This document shows positions 21,531 through 31,020 of a stretch of DNA of 64,000 bases, one piece after another (position 1 is the first letter of the stretch; every line of letters begins with the position of its first letter). The notes under the pieces are model-generated. The model did not search any database and was not told where the DNA came from. It saw only the letters and a list, made by a program, of their open reading frames with translations. The DNA lies in the IMG/VR virus record IMGVR_UViG_3300013119_001061. One strand, given 5' to 3'. This DNA is from a virus. A program made the translations under genes and the position numbers.

Positions 21531-24463
21531 GTAGCAGTTTTATCAATAATAATAGAGCTTTAAGAAAATCAGGAGATAGAATTAGAAAAAGCACGGGCTA
21601 CGGCGGGATTGGAAGAATACTGTCAGTAACACCACAAGGCTCAGTTTCAAAATTTGACTCTAAAAAAAATAAACATGTAAAAATAATTGCAGATTCAATT
21701 TTAGATAATGTCGATGGTGCTATTCTAGGTGAAGATTTTAAAAAAGCAATTTTTGTAGGAGATTTAGCGGCGCTAACTAATTTGTCGATCCCCGGCGTAG
21801 GAACAACATTTAATGCTGCCTTTAATTTATATACAGAGACAAGTCTGGGCTCCGTCCCGGGAAATATTGGCTCGACCCCGGGTATAGGTTTTACTACTAA
21901 AGAGTTTGCCCCAGTCCTAAAAACGTCATCTTTGAAAAAGGGCGGAATTGTTCAACAAGGTCTTTCTGCAGTCCGCGGAGGAATAGCAGCTGTAAATAAC
22001 AGCATGTTTGGAACAGATTTAACAGTACTTACATGTAAACATTTTGATTTTACACCCTCGACATCTTATGTTTCTGAGATTGAAGTTTTTGCAAATTCAA
22101 TTCCAACATATGAGTTTTCTAGATGTGTTCCGCATTTAGACTTTACGTTTTTTACTGCTACAAAACCTTTAAACAATAGAGGAAAACCTTTATCTATAAG
22201 TCTTTCAAAGGCCGCAGTAGGATCAGAAGGCGCCGGAAGATTTGAAATAGGCACAAGAATGATGGCACAAGGTGCAGAGAGTATTTTAAAAAAGCAAAAT
22301 TCTCAATTTGGTATTGAGATGTTTACTATGCCACAAACATTCGTCCCTATAAATAGTAAAAATAGATCAACTCCAATTTTAGATCCCTTCAAGCCGTTTA
22401 TGTCAATAAAGTCTTTTGATATCTCTGTTGTTCCCGCAGCTGGTCTAATGGAAAAGAAAAAAGCATCTTTGAAAATAGTTTTGCATGATAGATCTAGGCT
22501 TCATGAAATAGCAGAAATAATTCGCCCAGAAAACTTTGGCACAAATGAAATTTTAGTAGAGTATGGATGGAGTCATCCAGATAAGTCAGGAAGAAATGAA
22601 TATGCAAACTTTTTAAATTCAATGAAAAATAAAGAAAAATATGCTGTTTATAATTCGTCTTTTTCTCTCAATGCTGAGGGCGGGGTTGATATTGATTTAA
22701 CATTATTTGCCAAGGGTAATCTCACTGTAGAAAATACAACAATAATCGATAATCCTGCAATGAAAGATATTGGGAAAGTCATTGGAGAAATTGAGTCAAA
22801 AATAAATAAGATTTTAAGTGAAAATCCAAGAACAGATAAAAAAAGAAAGAATATATCTGCAACACAGATTATTGATGGATACGTTGATGGAAATGTTAAT
22901 GTAGAGGGTTCACAAATTTTTCTTAATATGGAAAATGGAAAAAATGAAATTTTATCAAATCTAACCGAGCCAAGCCATCTAAGTCTAATGAAAGAATTGC
23001 AAAAAATTAAATCACAAAAGAGCGAGCTAAAATCAACAAAAGTCGAAATATTAGATGCAATAAAAGAACAACTATTCAACGATACCGCAGATCCTTTTTA
23101 CCCGTCAGAAACTGCTACTAATGATATTGCAGGTCCCTTAAAGCCACTGCCAGGAGTACCAAAAAACGAGTATATCTCGGTTGGTAAGCTTTTTTCAATG
23201 TTTGTCGGCCGCCCGCTATGCTCATCTAATAAGTACGCAGAAGTTCAATTATTCTTTTACGGATTTAGCGATGATTCAGGCTTTCATGATTCTTCAATTG
23301 TCAAGAATCCTTTGTCAAAATATTCAATAGATCAATTTCTTATTAGAAAAGATGATTTTATTGATATGCTCGACAAAATGATCGAATCCAAAGGCACAGC
23401 GAATATACCAATTCAAACATTTATTACAAGAGTTATTAATAATTTTATAAAGCATCCATTTTCTACCCTTTCAAATGTTGTAACTCCAGGAATGATCTAT
23501 AGAAAAATTATGAAACTTTCGGAGACTAGTGGTGTCTCGCCCGCAGCTATTGCTGGGGCACAAATTTCAACAGCATCACCCGCTGAATCGTATAAGGATC
23601 TTGCAAAAAAATATAGATCTCCCAATATTCAAATAAGATTTGATGCATTGCCAGTTGCGTCAGCACTTGGCTTAGATTCTTCTGCTAGAAAATCTGTTTT
23701 GAGAGTGCATATATTCGATAGTCACAATGGAAGAATGACGCCTTACGTTAATGCCATAAAAGCGGGCTCAAATACTATGGAGACGCTTAAATTATCCTCA
23801 GCAAAATTATCAGATGCTCTAAAATTAGACCCGTCAGAAGCAGATAGAAAAAAAGCAGCTAATGATGCGTTAGCTGAAATAATTGAATCTGATCTTTTTG
23901 GTATTAAGATTTTACCAGGTATAACTCCCGAGTTTAAGCTTGACATACCTTTTAAAAAATTAAAAAAAATAATTAGTCAAGGCTACCCTACACTTACATA
24001 CGGATCTGACGGTTCTATATTAACATCTGCAAAATTTTCCACAATTCAAAACAAGAAGTTTGCAGATGTTCAGTTGACTAGATACGGAAAAAATCCTAAC
24101 AAGACTGCAGCAGGAACTGATCCCCGAGGATTACCAATGAAAATTTTGCCAACAGAGGCACAGGTCACAATGATGGGCTGCCCGCTAATAAAATATGCGC
24201 AGCATTTCTTCATAGACTTCGGGACGAATACGTCAGCAGATGATTTATATTATGTAAAAACTATTAGTCATAGTTTTAAACCTGGTAGTTTTACAACCTC
24301 TCTATCTATGATGGCAAGAGATGCAGATGGTGCATATGAAAGCTTATTTGGCCTACTTGATAAAGCGACTAAAGTTTTATCTAGAGAGAAAGAAGCCTCT
24401 ATTGCTGATAAGATCGCAACAGCTGGCGAAACCGCACTCGATCTTCTTAATACTGGAAACTAA
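21527..24463 (+). CDS. Baseplate hub-like structural protein
   Basis: ILVEYGWSHP; C-terminal TMMGCP..F.T...DDLYYV..ISHSF..G.FTT; position after the LysM wedge gene. Confidence 0.6.
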   Translation: MSSSFINNNRALRKSGDRIRKSTGYGGIGRILSVTPQGSVSKFDSKKNKHVKIIADSILDNVDGAILGEDFKKAIFVGDLAALTNLSIPGVGTTFNAAFNLYTETSLGSVPGNIGSTPGIGFTTKEFAPVLKTSSLKKGGIVQQGLSAVRGGIAAVNNSMFGTDLTVLTCKHFDFTPSTSYVSEIEVFANSIPTYEFSRCVPHLDFTFFTATKPLNNRGKPLSISLSKAAVGSEGAGRFEIGTRMMAQGAESILKKQNSQFGIEMFTMPQTFVPINSKNRSTPILDPFKPFMSIKSFDISVVPAAGLMEKKKASLKIVLHDRSRLHEIAEIIRPENFGTNEILVEYGWSHPDKSGRNEYANFLNSMKNKEKYAVYNSSFSLNAEGGVDIDLTLFAKGNLTVENTTIIDNPAMKDIGKVIGEIESKINKILSENPRTDKKRKNISATQIIDGYVDGNVNVEGSQIFLNMENGKNEILSNLTEPSHLSLMKELQKIKSQKSELKSTKVEILDAIKEQLFNDTADPFYPSETATNDIAGPLKPLPGVPKNEYISVGKLFSMFVGRPLCSSNKYAEVQLFFYGFSDDSGFHDSSIVKNPLSKYSIDQFLIRKDDFIDMLDKMIESKGTANIPIQTFITRVINNFIKHPFSTLSNVVTPGMIYRKIMKLSETSGVSPAAIAGAQISTASPAESYKDLAKKYRSPNIQIRFDALPVASALGLDSSARKSVLRVHIFDSHNGRMTPYVNAIKAGSNTMETLKLSSAKLSDALKLDPSEADRKKAANDALAEIIESDLFGIKILPGITPEFKLDIPFKKLKKIISQGYPTLTYGSDGSILTSAKFSTIQNKKFADVQLTRYGKNPNKTAAGTDPRGLPMKILPTEAQVTMMGCPLIKYAQHFFIDFGTNTSADDLYYVKTISHSFKPGSFTTSLSMMARDADGAYESLFGLLDKATKVLSREKEASIADKIATAGETALDLLNTGN

Positions 24464-24470
24464 TTTATTA

Positions 24471-24499
24471 GTGTAGATTTTTGATAATGTATCTATAAT
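24471..24499 (+). promoter_or_regulatory. Sigma70-like promoter; probably a leaderless mRNA for the family A polymerase
   Basis: GTGTAG-N17-TATAAT with ATG 6 nt downstream. Confidence 0.6.
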
Positions 24500-24505
24500 A
24501 GATAT

Positions 24506-25696
24506 ATGAATATTTGCATTCACAAAAGAATCTTGGGAACAACCCAGCATTTGTCGACTAATTTTGAGTCAAAATCTTCATGGGTAGAAGATCCAGATAG
24601 TGAAGATCTAACAATTGGATTCAAAAATAACGAGACTATTAATATTGTTTCCTTCCTTTTGAATAAGAAAATTCCTGATTCACCTGATAAGAAGTTTGCT
24701 CTGCCGTTTCGTCATTCAAGCTTAGAAAATATCTTGTGGTCTCATGTGTTGCCCAAGAAGGAATATAGAAAGTATTTCCAGAGTATCCAGAATGCAATTG
24801 GCGAAACTTTAAAGTCTGATCAATACGAATACTTTAATAATCGTATCTCTATTCAACAGAAGCTTATCTCCTTTCTTGAGCCATCTAAAATTGATGAAAA
24901 AGTTTTTGGAAAATATTGCGCAGATCCAGAGTTAGTCAACAAGTCTGTTTTGACAACATTTGCGCCAAAAAAAGGGTTTGCAAAAAATGTTGACTATAAT
25001 CTAGTAGGGACAAATACAGGAAGGCTCACGATATTAGCTGGTCCACAAATCCTTACTCTTAAAAAAGAACTAAGAAATATTTTGACGTCTCGATTTGAAG
25101 GCGGAAAGATAATCCAGTTTGACTATACTAGCCTTGAGCCAAGAGTTGCATTGATGTTATCAGGCAAGAATCCGGAAAGAGATATCTACACCAGTCTATG
25201 CAAGCAAGTTTTGGGAGGCAAATACGGCCGCCAAACTGCTAAGCTTCTTACTATCGCAACTCTCTATGGCATGGGAATCAATCGTGTCAAAGACTTGCTC
25301 GGTGTAAGTAAGATCACTGCACGAGAAGTTTTAGACCAGCTTGAAGATTTCTTTGGTGTTGAAGATATCAAAAAACAATTAGAAAAAGAGGCAGAATCCG
25401 GATTTATTAAAAACTACTTTGGTAGAAACATTCGAGTTAGAAACAATGCTTCACATGTCTTATATAATAACTATATTCAATCAACAGCAATGGATGCAGC
25501 GCTTGAAGGATTCTTTAAAGTAGTTCAAAACATAAAGAGGGAAAAATACCAGTGCATTCCGATCTTTGTTTTGCATGATGCTATTATTTTTGATTGTCAT
25601 CCTGAGTGCTTTGACAAATTAGAAGTTATAATGAATCCAGGACAAAATTTATCTAGTTTTGAATCACAACTTTATATGGAGGCTGAAGAAGTATAA
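24506..25696 (+). CDS. Family A DNA polymerase, polymerase domain only
   Basis: TGRL, motif A DYTSLEPR, motif B R..AK....LYG, NYFGR, NNYIQSTA, motif C LHDA. Confidence 0.85.
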   Translation: MNICIHKRILGTTQHLSTNFESKSSWVEDPDSEDLTIGFKNNETINIVSFLLNKKIPDSPDKKFALPFRHSSLENILWSHVLPKKEYRKYFQSIQNAIGETLKSDQYEYFNNRISIQQKLISFLEPSKIDEKVFGKYCADPELVNKSVLTTFAPKKGFAKNVDYNLVGTNTGRLTILAGPQILTLKKELRNILTSRFEGGKIIQFDYTSLEPRVALMLSGKNPERDIYTSLCKQVLGGKYGRQTAKLLTIATLYGMGINRVKDLLGVSKITAREVLDQLEDFFGVEDIKKQLEKEAESGFIKNYFGRNIRVRNNASHVLYNNYIQSTAMDAALEGFFKVVQNIKREKYQCIPIFVLHDAIIFDCHPECFDKLEVIMNPGQNLSSFESQLYMEAEEV

Positions 25697-26298
25697 TGGA
25701 TTTAGATATCGAGAAAATGCAGGAAGATTATGAGAAATTTCAAGCTCTGACTAAAAAGACGGGACCAAGAGCTAAGAAGTTACAAAAGCTAGTTGATAAG
25801 CTCGGAGAAAGACTAGTAATGGCACCCTCGTCAGAGAGAGATGAGTATTTCAATGCCTTCTCCGGCGGCCTTCTTGATCATTCTCTAAAGATCCTTGAAA
25901 CCAGCTACAAAGTCGCCAAGGGTTGTGGAATTGAAGTTTCAAATGAATCTATCATCCTATGCTCGCTCTTTTGTCTTATTGGAAAAGTCGGTGATGAAAA
26001 TCAAGACCTCTATATTCCTCAAGATAATTCGTGGAGAAAAGAAAATCTAGGTGAAAATTATAAATTCAATAATGATTTGCCTCACATGAGAACAACGCAT
26101 AGAAGTCTTCTCCTTTTGCAAAAGTTTGGAATTGAGCTTTCACACGATGAGTGGCTAGCAATTTTACTTGCGGATGGTTTAACAGATGATACGCGCCTTT
26201 ATTCAATGAGAGAGCCGTCACTAGCGCTCGTAATATCCTCATCGAATAAGCTTGTTCAGAGCAAGTCAAGAGAAGAAGATAATCCTGTTTCTTTCTAG
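25696..26298 (+). CDS. HD-domain-like protein with degenerate metal ligands
   Basis: APSS...NAFSGGLLDHSL present, but the expected HDxGK reads CLIGK and the later HDG reads ADG. Confidence 0.65.
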   Translation: MDLDIEKMQEDYEKFQALTKKTGPRAKKLQKLVDKLGERLVMAPSSERDEYFNAFSGGLLDHSLKILETSYKVAKGCGIEVSNESIILCSLFCLIGKVGDENQDLYIPQDNSWRKENLGENYKFNNDLPHMRTTHRSLLLLQKFGIELSHDEWLAILLADGLTDDTRLYSMREPSLALVISSSNKLVQSKSREEDNPVSF

Positions 26299-26318
26299 CT
26301 TCGTCCATATTTAAATAT

Positions 26319-27011
26319 ATGAGAAAAGAAATCAAAAGATTTAAACCTAAATTTATCAAGCGTGCAAATGACAGCACCACCGGCGCCGGCACCCGCGGAG
26401 CAATCTCTAATTCTACTCGACAAAACCCGCCAGATATCCACAGGCTTGGTTGGGCTCCTCGACCATTTCCTCGATCTGGTATGACAGGAGAGCCCAATAG
26501 CTCAATTATGGGCCGAATGGGAACAGGTTCATTGTCAGCCTATACTGATGTCGACCGCGAAGAATTCGAAGACCAGTCAGGAATGCCAGGAAAAGGCGGA
26601 AACTATAAGTTTGGAATGTCAAGACATTACAAGAACAAGGGCGGAGGAAAAGCTATGATGGGAACTGGATCCGGACCAATTGGTGAAGAAGTATTAAGAA
26701 AGATAATCAGGCAAGAGCTTGTAGAGGCTCTCGGAGACAAGTCTGGTAAAAAAGCATTTGCATATGAGCTTATGATGAGCCAAGAAGGCGACGATGAAAT
26801 CGACGAGGAAGAGGATGAGCTTGATGAATTCTCCGGCGCCACCGCCGTTGCAGGTGTATCATTACCTCTCGGAGCCTCAACCCCGGGCAAGAAAGCAAAG
26901 CCATCATGGGGAATAACAGCTAGAACATTGAATGGAACAGCTGTAAAGCCTGACAGTTCTAGCACAAGAATTCTAAAAATAAGAAGAATGAAAAAATCTG
27001 AATTATATTGA
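26319..27011 (+). CDS. Hypothetical Gly- and Glu-rich protein, possibly an internal head protein
   Basis: ATATTTA motif upstream; EEVLRKIIRQELVE; acidic tract ending LDE. Confidence 0.5.
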   Translation: MRKEIKRFKPKFIKRANDSTTGAGTRGAISNSTRQNPPDIHRLGWAPRPFPRSGMTGEPNSSIMGRMGTGSLSAYTDVDREEFEDQSGMPGKGGNYKFGMSRHYKNKGGGKAMMGTGSGPIGEEVLRKIIRQELVEALGDKSGKKAFAYELMMSQEGDDEIDEEEDELDEFSGATAVAGVSLPLGASTPGKKAKPSWGITARTLNGTAVKPDSSSTRILKIRRMKKSELY

Positions 27012-27036
27012 ACATTCTATGTGGGTTGATTACAAT
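27008..27036 (+). promoter_or_regulatory. Sigma70-like promoter for the SSB/recA operon
   Basis: TTGAAC-N17-TACAAT. Confidence 0.7.
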
Positions 27037-27074
27037 AACATTGATCAATAAAACGCCAACATAGGAGAAACATT

Positions 27075-27878
27075 ATGGCACTTGATTTTGATGCGATTCG
27101 TCGCAAGGTAGCACAACTTTCCGGCAACAAGCGAGGTTCATCATTTTGGCGCCCCGAGGAGGGTGAGCATACTGTTCGACTCGTGCCATTCTCTGATAAT
27201 GATGGGCAGCCATTTAAGGAGAGGTGGTTCTACTATAACGTAGGTGAGAACCGAGGTATTCTCGCTCCTAAGCAATTTGGTAAGCCCGATCCAATTCAGG
27301 AGCTTATTAACAAGCTTCGTGATGATGGCTCTCCTGAGTCACTTGAGCTTTGCAAGCGCTTATATCCCAAGATGCGTGGCTATGCTCCGGTCATCGTTCG
27401 CGGCGAGGAGTCAAAAGGAGTCCAGCTTTGGTCGTTTGGCAAGATGGTTTATCAAGATATTCTTAATATCATGCTCGATCCTGACTATGGTGATATCACT
27501 GACCCAGTCGAGGGCAGAGATATTAAAGTCACCCTTTCAAAGCAGCCAGGACAAAACTGGGCCAAGACTTCTGTGATGCCTCGAGGCAAGGTTACTGAGC
27601 TATCTGATGATACAGCAAAGATTAAAACGTATCTTGAAAATATTCCAAACCTTGATGAGATTTATTCGCTCGAGCCTTACGAAGAGATTGAGAAGAAAGT
27701 CAATGATTGGTTAAATGGATCAGCAGATTCTGACGAGGGAACTACTCGAGGAACTACGTCTACAACTACTGTATCATCACCTCCCAAGCCAGAGTCTACG
27801 AAATCAAAGACACCAAACGCAGAGACAAAGTCATATAACTCACTAGATGACGCATTTGCAGACTTGCTCGGAGACTGA
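27075..27878 (+). CDS. Single-stranded DNA-binding protein (gp32-like)
   Basis: FWRP..G...VRLVP, PF.E.WFYY, GVQLWSFGK, DYGDITDP..GRDI, acidic tail LDDAFADLLGD. Confidence 0.85.
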   Translation: MALDFDAIRRKVAQLSGNKRGSSFWRPEEGEHTVRLVPFSDNDGQPFKERWFYYNVGENRGILAPKQFGKPDPIQELINKLRDDGSPESLELCKRLYPKMRGYAPVIVRGEESKGVQLWSFGKMVYQDILNIMLDPDYGDITDPVEGRDIKVTLSKQPGQNWAKTSVMPRGKVTELSDDTAKIKTYLENIPNLDEIYSLEPYEEIEKKVNDWLNGSADSDEGTTRGTTSTTTVSSPPKPESTKSKTPNAETKSYNSLDDAFADLLGD

Positions 27879-27884
27879 TCATAA

Positions 27885-28640
27885 ATGGCTAAGGCAAAAA
27901 AGCCTGCAAAGACTGCAAAGAAAAAGTCAAAAGTATCTGACGATTTTACGGCAGACTTAATCAGGTCTCTTAATAAGGATCACGGAGGACGAATCGCATA
28001 CAATCTCAGTGTAGATGAGTCACCGACCCACGTGAAAGCGTGGGTCGGCACTGGGATTAGGCAGCTCGATCTACTGGTATCTAATCGAAAAAACGGCGGG
28101 CTACCCTGTGGCAGAATTGTCGAGATCTTTGGGCCACCATCAATCGGTAAGTCACATATCGCTTTGCAGATTGCGCGAAACACGCAATCAATGGGTGGCA
28201 TCGTTGTCTATATTGACACAGAGAACGGTACATCAGTAGAGAATCTGGCACTCCTCGGTGTTGATGTATCAAAGCGGTTTGTGTTTATCGAGACTGCCTG
28301 CACTGAGGAAGTGTTTGAAGTCGCAGAGTCAACGATCATGAAAGCCCGCGGCCTCAATAAAGATATTCCTATTACGATTATTTGGGATTCTGTGGCAGCA
28401 TCTTCTCCCAGGGCAGAGCTAACAGGCGATTATGATCAAAACTCTATCGGTCTTCAAGCAAGAACGATCTCAAAGGGCATGAGAAAGATCACCCAGGTCT
28501 TTGGTAGCACGAATACACTGTTCATCTGTCTAAATCAGACACGAACAAAGATTGGTGTTATGTACGGGGATCCCATGTGCGTCGACCCGTTTACGACTAA
28601 AATCAAAGTCAGGTATGATAACTCTAATTTCGGCCTATAG
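27885..28640 (+). CDS. recA: RecA/UvsX N-terminal half plus 20-aa split-intein N-fragment
   Basis: GGLPCGRIVEIFGPPSIGKS, YIDTE, WDSVAA, LNQTRTKIGVMYGDPM, then CVDPFTTKIKVRYDNSNFGL*. Confidence 0.95.
   Translation: MAKAKKPAKTAKKKSKVSDDFTADLIRSLNKDHGGRIAYNLSVDESPTHVKAWVGTGIRQLDLLVSNRKNGGLPCGRIVEIFGPPSIGKSHIALQIARNTQSMGGIVVYIDTENGTSVENLALLGVDVSKRFVFIETACTEEVFEVAESTIMKARGLNKDIPITIIWDSVAASSPRAELTGDYDQNSIGLQARTISKGMRKITQVFGSTNTLFICLNQTRTKIGVMYGDPMCVDPFTTKIKVRYDNSNFGL
28578..28637 (+). mobile_element. Atypical split intein, IntN (20 aa)
   Basis: Cys1 block A-like CVDPFTTKIKVR begins exactly where RecA similarity stops. Confidence 0.85.
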
Positions 28641-28685
28641 TTATATATGGAACTAAAACCTCGTTAAAACTATAGGTGGAATATT

Positions 28686-29696
28686 ATGATAGATTATTTT
28701 GATTTTGATTTTAAAATAAAAGATAATAAACCAATAACTAAAATATCTTTAAAGGCTAAGTTTAAAAAAGAAAAGCCAGCAATGAGAGAATCTGGTTATC
28801 CATTTAGTGGAGTAGAGCTGGGTTATTATATTCATCATATTGATGATAAAAATCTGGCTAACAATGTTTGGAAATTTAGAAAGAAGCTAGCAAATAAAAA
28901 CTATTTAATTGACTTCCTATTTGAAAACAACGTTATTTCATTGAAGGAATATGAGATATCAAATCTGTGGAAACTCAGGACGAGAAAAAAGTTTGTCAAA
29001 AACCATTCCATCGCTATGTCGTCTGAAGCTGCCAGGAAAAACATGTCAGATAGCTATGACAGGGAATTGCATTCAAAGATTCATAAAGAGTTGTGGAAAA
29101 ATAATCGTGAAAAGTATATAAAAGCAACACAGTCACCCAAAGTAAAAAAAAGAAGAATTGCATCATTTAAAAAGCACCTTGAAGATCCTGCTAACAAGAA
29201 AAAATATGATGAAGCAATGCAAAATCCTGAAAGAATTGAAAAAATAAGTAAAGCTGCTAAAAAGATGTGGGAAAACGCATCTAATGAGAAAAGAAATAAA
29301 ATGAGATCAAATTGGTCAAAAAAGCTTTCTTATAAAGGCAAGAAAATGAATTCAATAGAATTTAAAATTGCTAACTTGTTAGACGAAAAAAATATAAACT
29401 GGGAATATGAACCAGTAATTGAGTTTGAAAATTCATTTGTCCAGCCAGATTTTATAGTAAATAGTAGTATAGTAATTGAATGTTTCGGCGACTTTTGGCA
29501 TGCCAACCCATCGAAGTACGAAGATGATTTCGTCTTATATGCTGCAAAAACTGCAAAAGCTCAGAGAGCGTTTGATAAAAATAGACTAGGTTTGTTAAGT
29601 GAAAAATTTGAACATATTGTAATTTTGTGGGAAAATGAAATCAATAGTTCTGATATAGAAACAATATTAAAAGAGAGGGTTTTATGCCTATTGTAG
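28686..29696 (+). CDS. Free-standing endonuclease between the recA halves (Vsr/DUF559-like PD-(D/E)xK)
   Basis: Lys-rich helical repeats, NSIE..I..LL, QPDF, IECFGDFWHANP, ILWENE. Confidence 0.85.
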   Translation: MIDYFDFDFKIKDNKPITKISLKAKFKKEKPAMRESGYPFSGVELGYYIHHIDDKNLANNVWKFRKKLANKNYLIDFLFENNVISLKEYEISNLWKLRTRKKFVKNHSIAMSSEAARKNMSDSYDRELHSKIHKELWKNNREKYIKATQSPKVKKRRIASFKKHLEDPANKKKYDEAMQNPERIEKISKAAKKMWENASNEKRNKMRSNWSKKLSYKGKKMNSIEFKIANLLDEKNINWEYEPVIEFENSFVQPDFIVNSSIVIECFGDFWHANPSKYEDDFVLYAAKTAKAQRAFDKNRLGLLSEKFEHIVILWENEINSSDIETILKERVLCLL

Positions 29697-30049
29697 AAGA
29701 AGAATTGACGTTTTTCGAATTCGCTGAAAAGTTTTTAAATCTAAATGATATGAAAACACCGACAAACCTAGACATATCTAGTCTGGGCATAGAGATTGAA
29801 ACTCTGCTAAATGATGGAACTGCTGGTTTTCGGCCAATGAATTCGTTTATCGTGAAAGATCAAGTCGACTCCTACTGCAGGATTGATGAGCTAAGAGGAA
29901 CTAGCAATCACAGAGTTTTGTTCGGTAATGAGTACATACCTCTGTCTGAGCACCCAGAATCTATGATTATTGAAGAGCCAATGTGTGTCGTAGATACATC
30001 TGTTGAAGAGACAGAAAATTACATAGCAAATGGCCAGGTAAATCACAAT
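29684..30049 (+). mobile_element. Atypical split intein, IntC (carries blocks B, F and G)
   Basis: Block B TSNH, block F VVDTSV..TENYIANG, terminal HN, Thr as +1 residue. Confidence 0.88.
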
Positions 30050-30559
30050 ACGACTCCCGGCGGCGCCGCAATACCATTTCACTCCTCAGTTCGAATTAAA
30101 CTCGGCGCCGGCTCTCAAATCAAGAACAAAGAGGGCGATATCATAGGGATTAATGTCTCGGCGAAGACAATCAAGAACAAAGTGGCGCACCCATTCAGAA
30201 CTTGTCATTTTGAGATTCACTTTGGTGTCGGTGTCAAAGAGCATGAGCAAATCACAGATCTTCTTAGATCGTCTGACGACGTAGAGTTCGAAGGAAAGAC
30301 ATACTCTGTCGAAGGTGCAGGAGCTTGGAAGACACTATCAGTTATTGATTCAAAAACCGGTGAACTTATAGTAGAAAAGAAGTTCACCAAAAGTGGAATG
30401 GAAGATTTGTTAAACAGTGATGAGTATTTGCCTTATATTGAGACGATGCTAGAGAAGACTCTTATTAAGAATTTTTCCGGCAATCTAGATATTAATGCAG
30501 ATTCTTATGAAGAGGTCCGAGCAGTAGCAATGGACCTCGCGGAGGCAGAGTTAAAATGA
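29684..30559 (+). CDS. recA: Split-intein C-fragment (122 aa) plus RecA C-terminal half
   Basis: ...NYIANGQVNHN then TTPGGAAIPFHSSVRIKL, KNKVAHPFR. Confidence 0.95.
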   Translation: MPIVEEELTFFEFAEKFLNLNDMKTPTNLDISSLGIEIETLLNDGTAGFRPMNSFIVKDQVDSYCRIDELRGTSNHRVLFGNEYIPLSEHPESMIIEEPMCVVDTSVEETENYIANGQVNHNTTPGGAAIPFHSSVRIKLGAGSQIKNKEGDIIGINVSAKTIKNKVAHPFRTCHFEIHFGVGVKEHEQITDLLRSSDDVEFEGKTYSVEGAGAWKTLSVIDSKTGELIVEKKFTKSGMEDLLNSDEYLPYIETMLEKTLIKNFSGNLDINADSYEEVRAVAMDLAEAELK

Positions 30560-31020
30560 GCATGTTCGTTAAAGTAAAGCTAACACATCCCGATGCAAAG
30601 CTACCATCTCAAAAGATAGGTGATGTAGGCTGGGATCTAACATCAGTCGAGTCAGGAAATATTCCTGCCGGAAAAGTAACGTCAGTTTCTACCGGTGTTG
30701 TCTTAGCAGAATCACCATTCACGACTGATATTCATAAGTCTGTTATTATAAAAGTAGAAGGAAGATCAGGTTTAGCATTTAGACACGCCGTTTTTCCAGT
30801 GGGTGGTATCATTGACCCAGGATATCGAGGCGAGATATCTGTAATGCTCTATAATGGCGGTGACAAAGATTACCGGTTTGAAAAGGGCGATCGAATAGCA
30901 CAGCTGGTAATCTATGATGTGCATGCGAAGACTAGTAGTAACAAAACACAGTTCCTAGAAGTTGATACTGTTCATCCATCTCATCGAGGAGACAAGGGCT
31001 TTGGATCGTCAGGCAGATAG
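30556..31020 (+). CDS. dut: Trimeric dUTPase
   Basis: GDVGWDL, GRSGLA, GIIDPGYRGEI, GDRIAQL, RGDKGFGSSG. Confidence 0.95.
   Translation: MSMFVKVKLTHPDAKLPSQKIGDVGWDLTSVESGNIPAGKVTSVSTGVVLAESPFTTDIHKSVIIKVEGRSGLAFRHAVFPVGGIIDPGYRGEISVMLYNGGDKDYRFEKGDRIAQLVIYDVHAKTSSNKTQFLEVDTVHPSHRGDKGFGSSGR

Noticed and set aside
7609-24463. Bacterial extracellular contractile injection system or tailocin
   Set aside because: Capsid, neck and a full replication module are adjacent, so this is a phage tail.
28641-29683. Group I/II intron explanation for the recA and dnaE interruptions
   Set aside because: The spacers around the endonucleases are under 50 nt or overlapping, leaving no room for a ribozyme core, and intein motifs account for both junctions.
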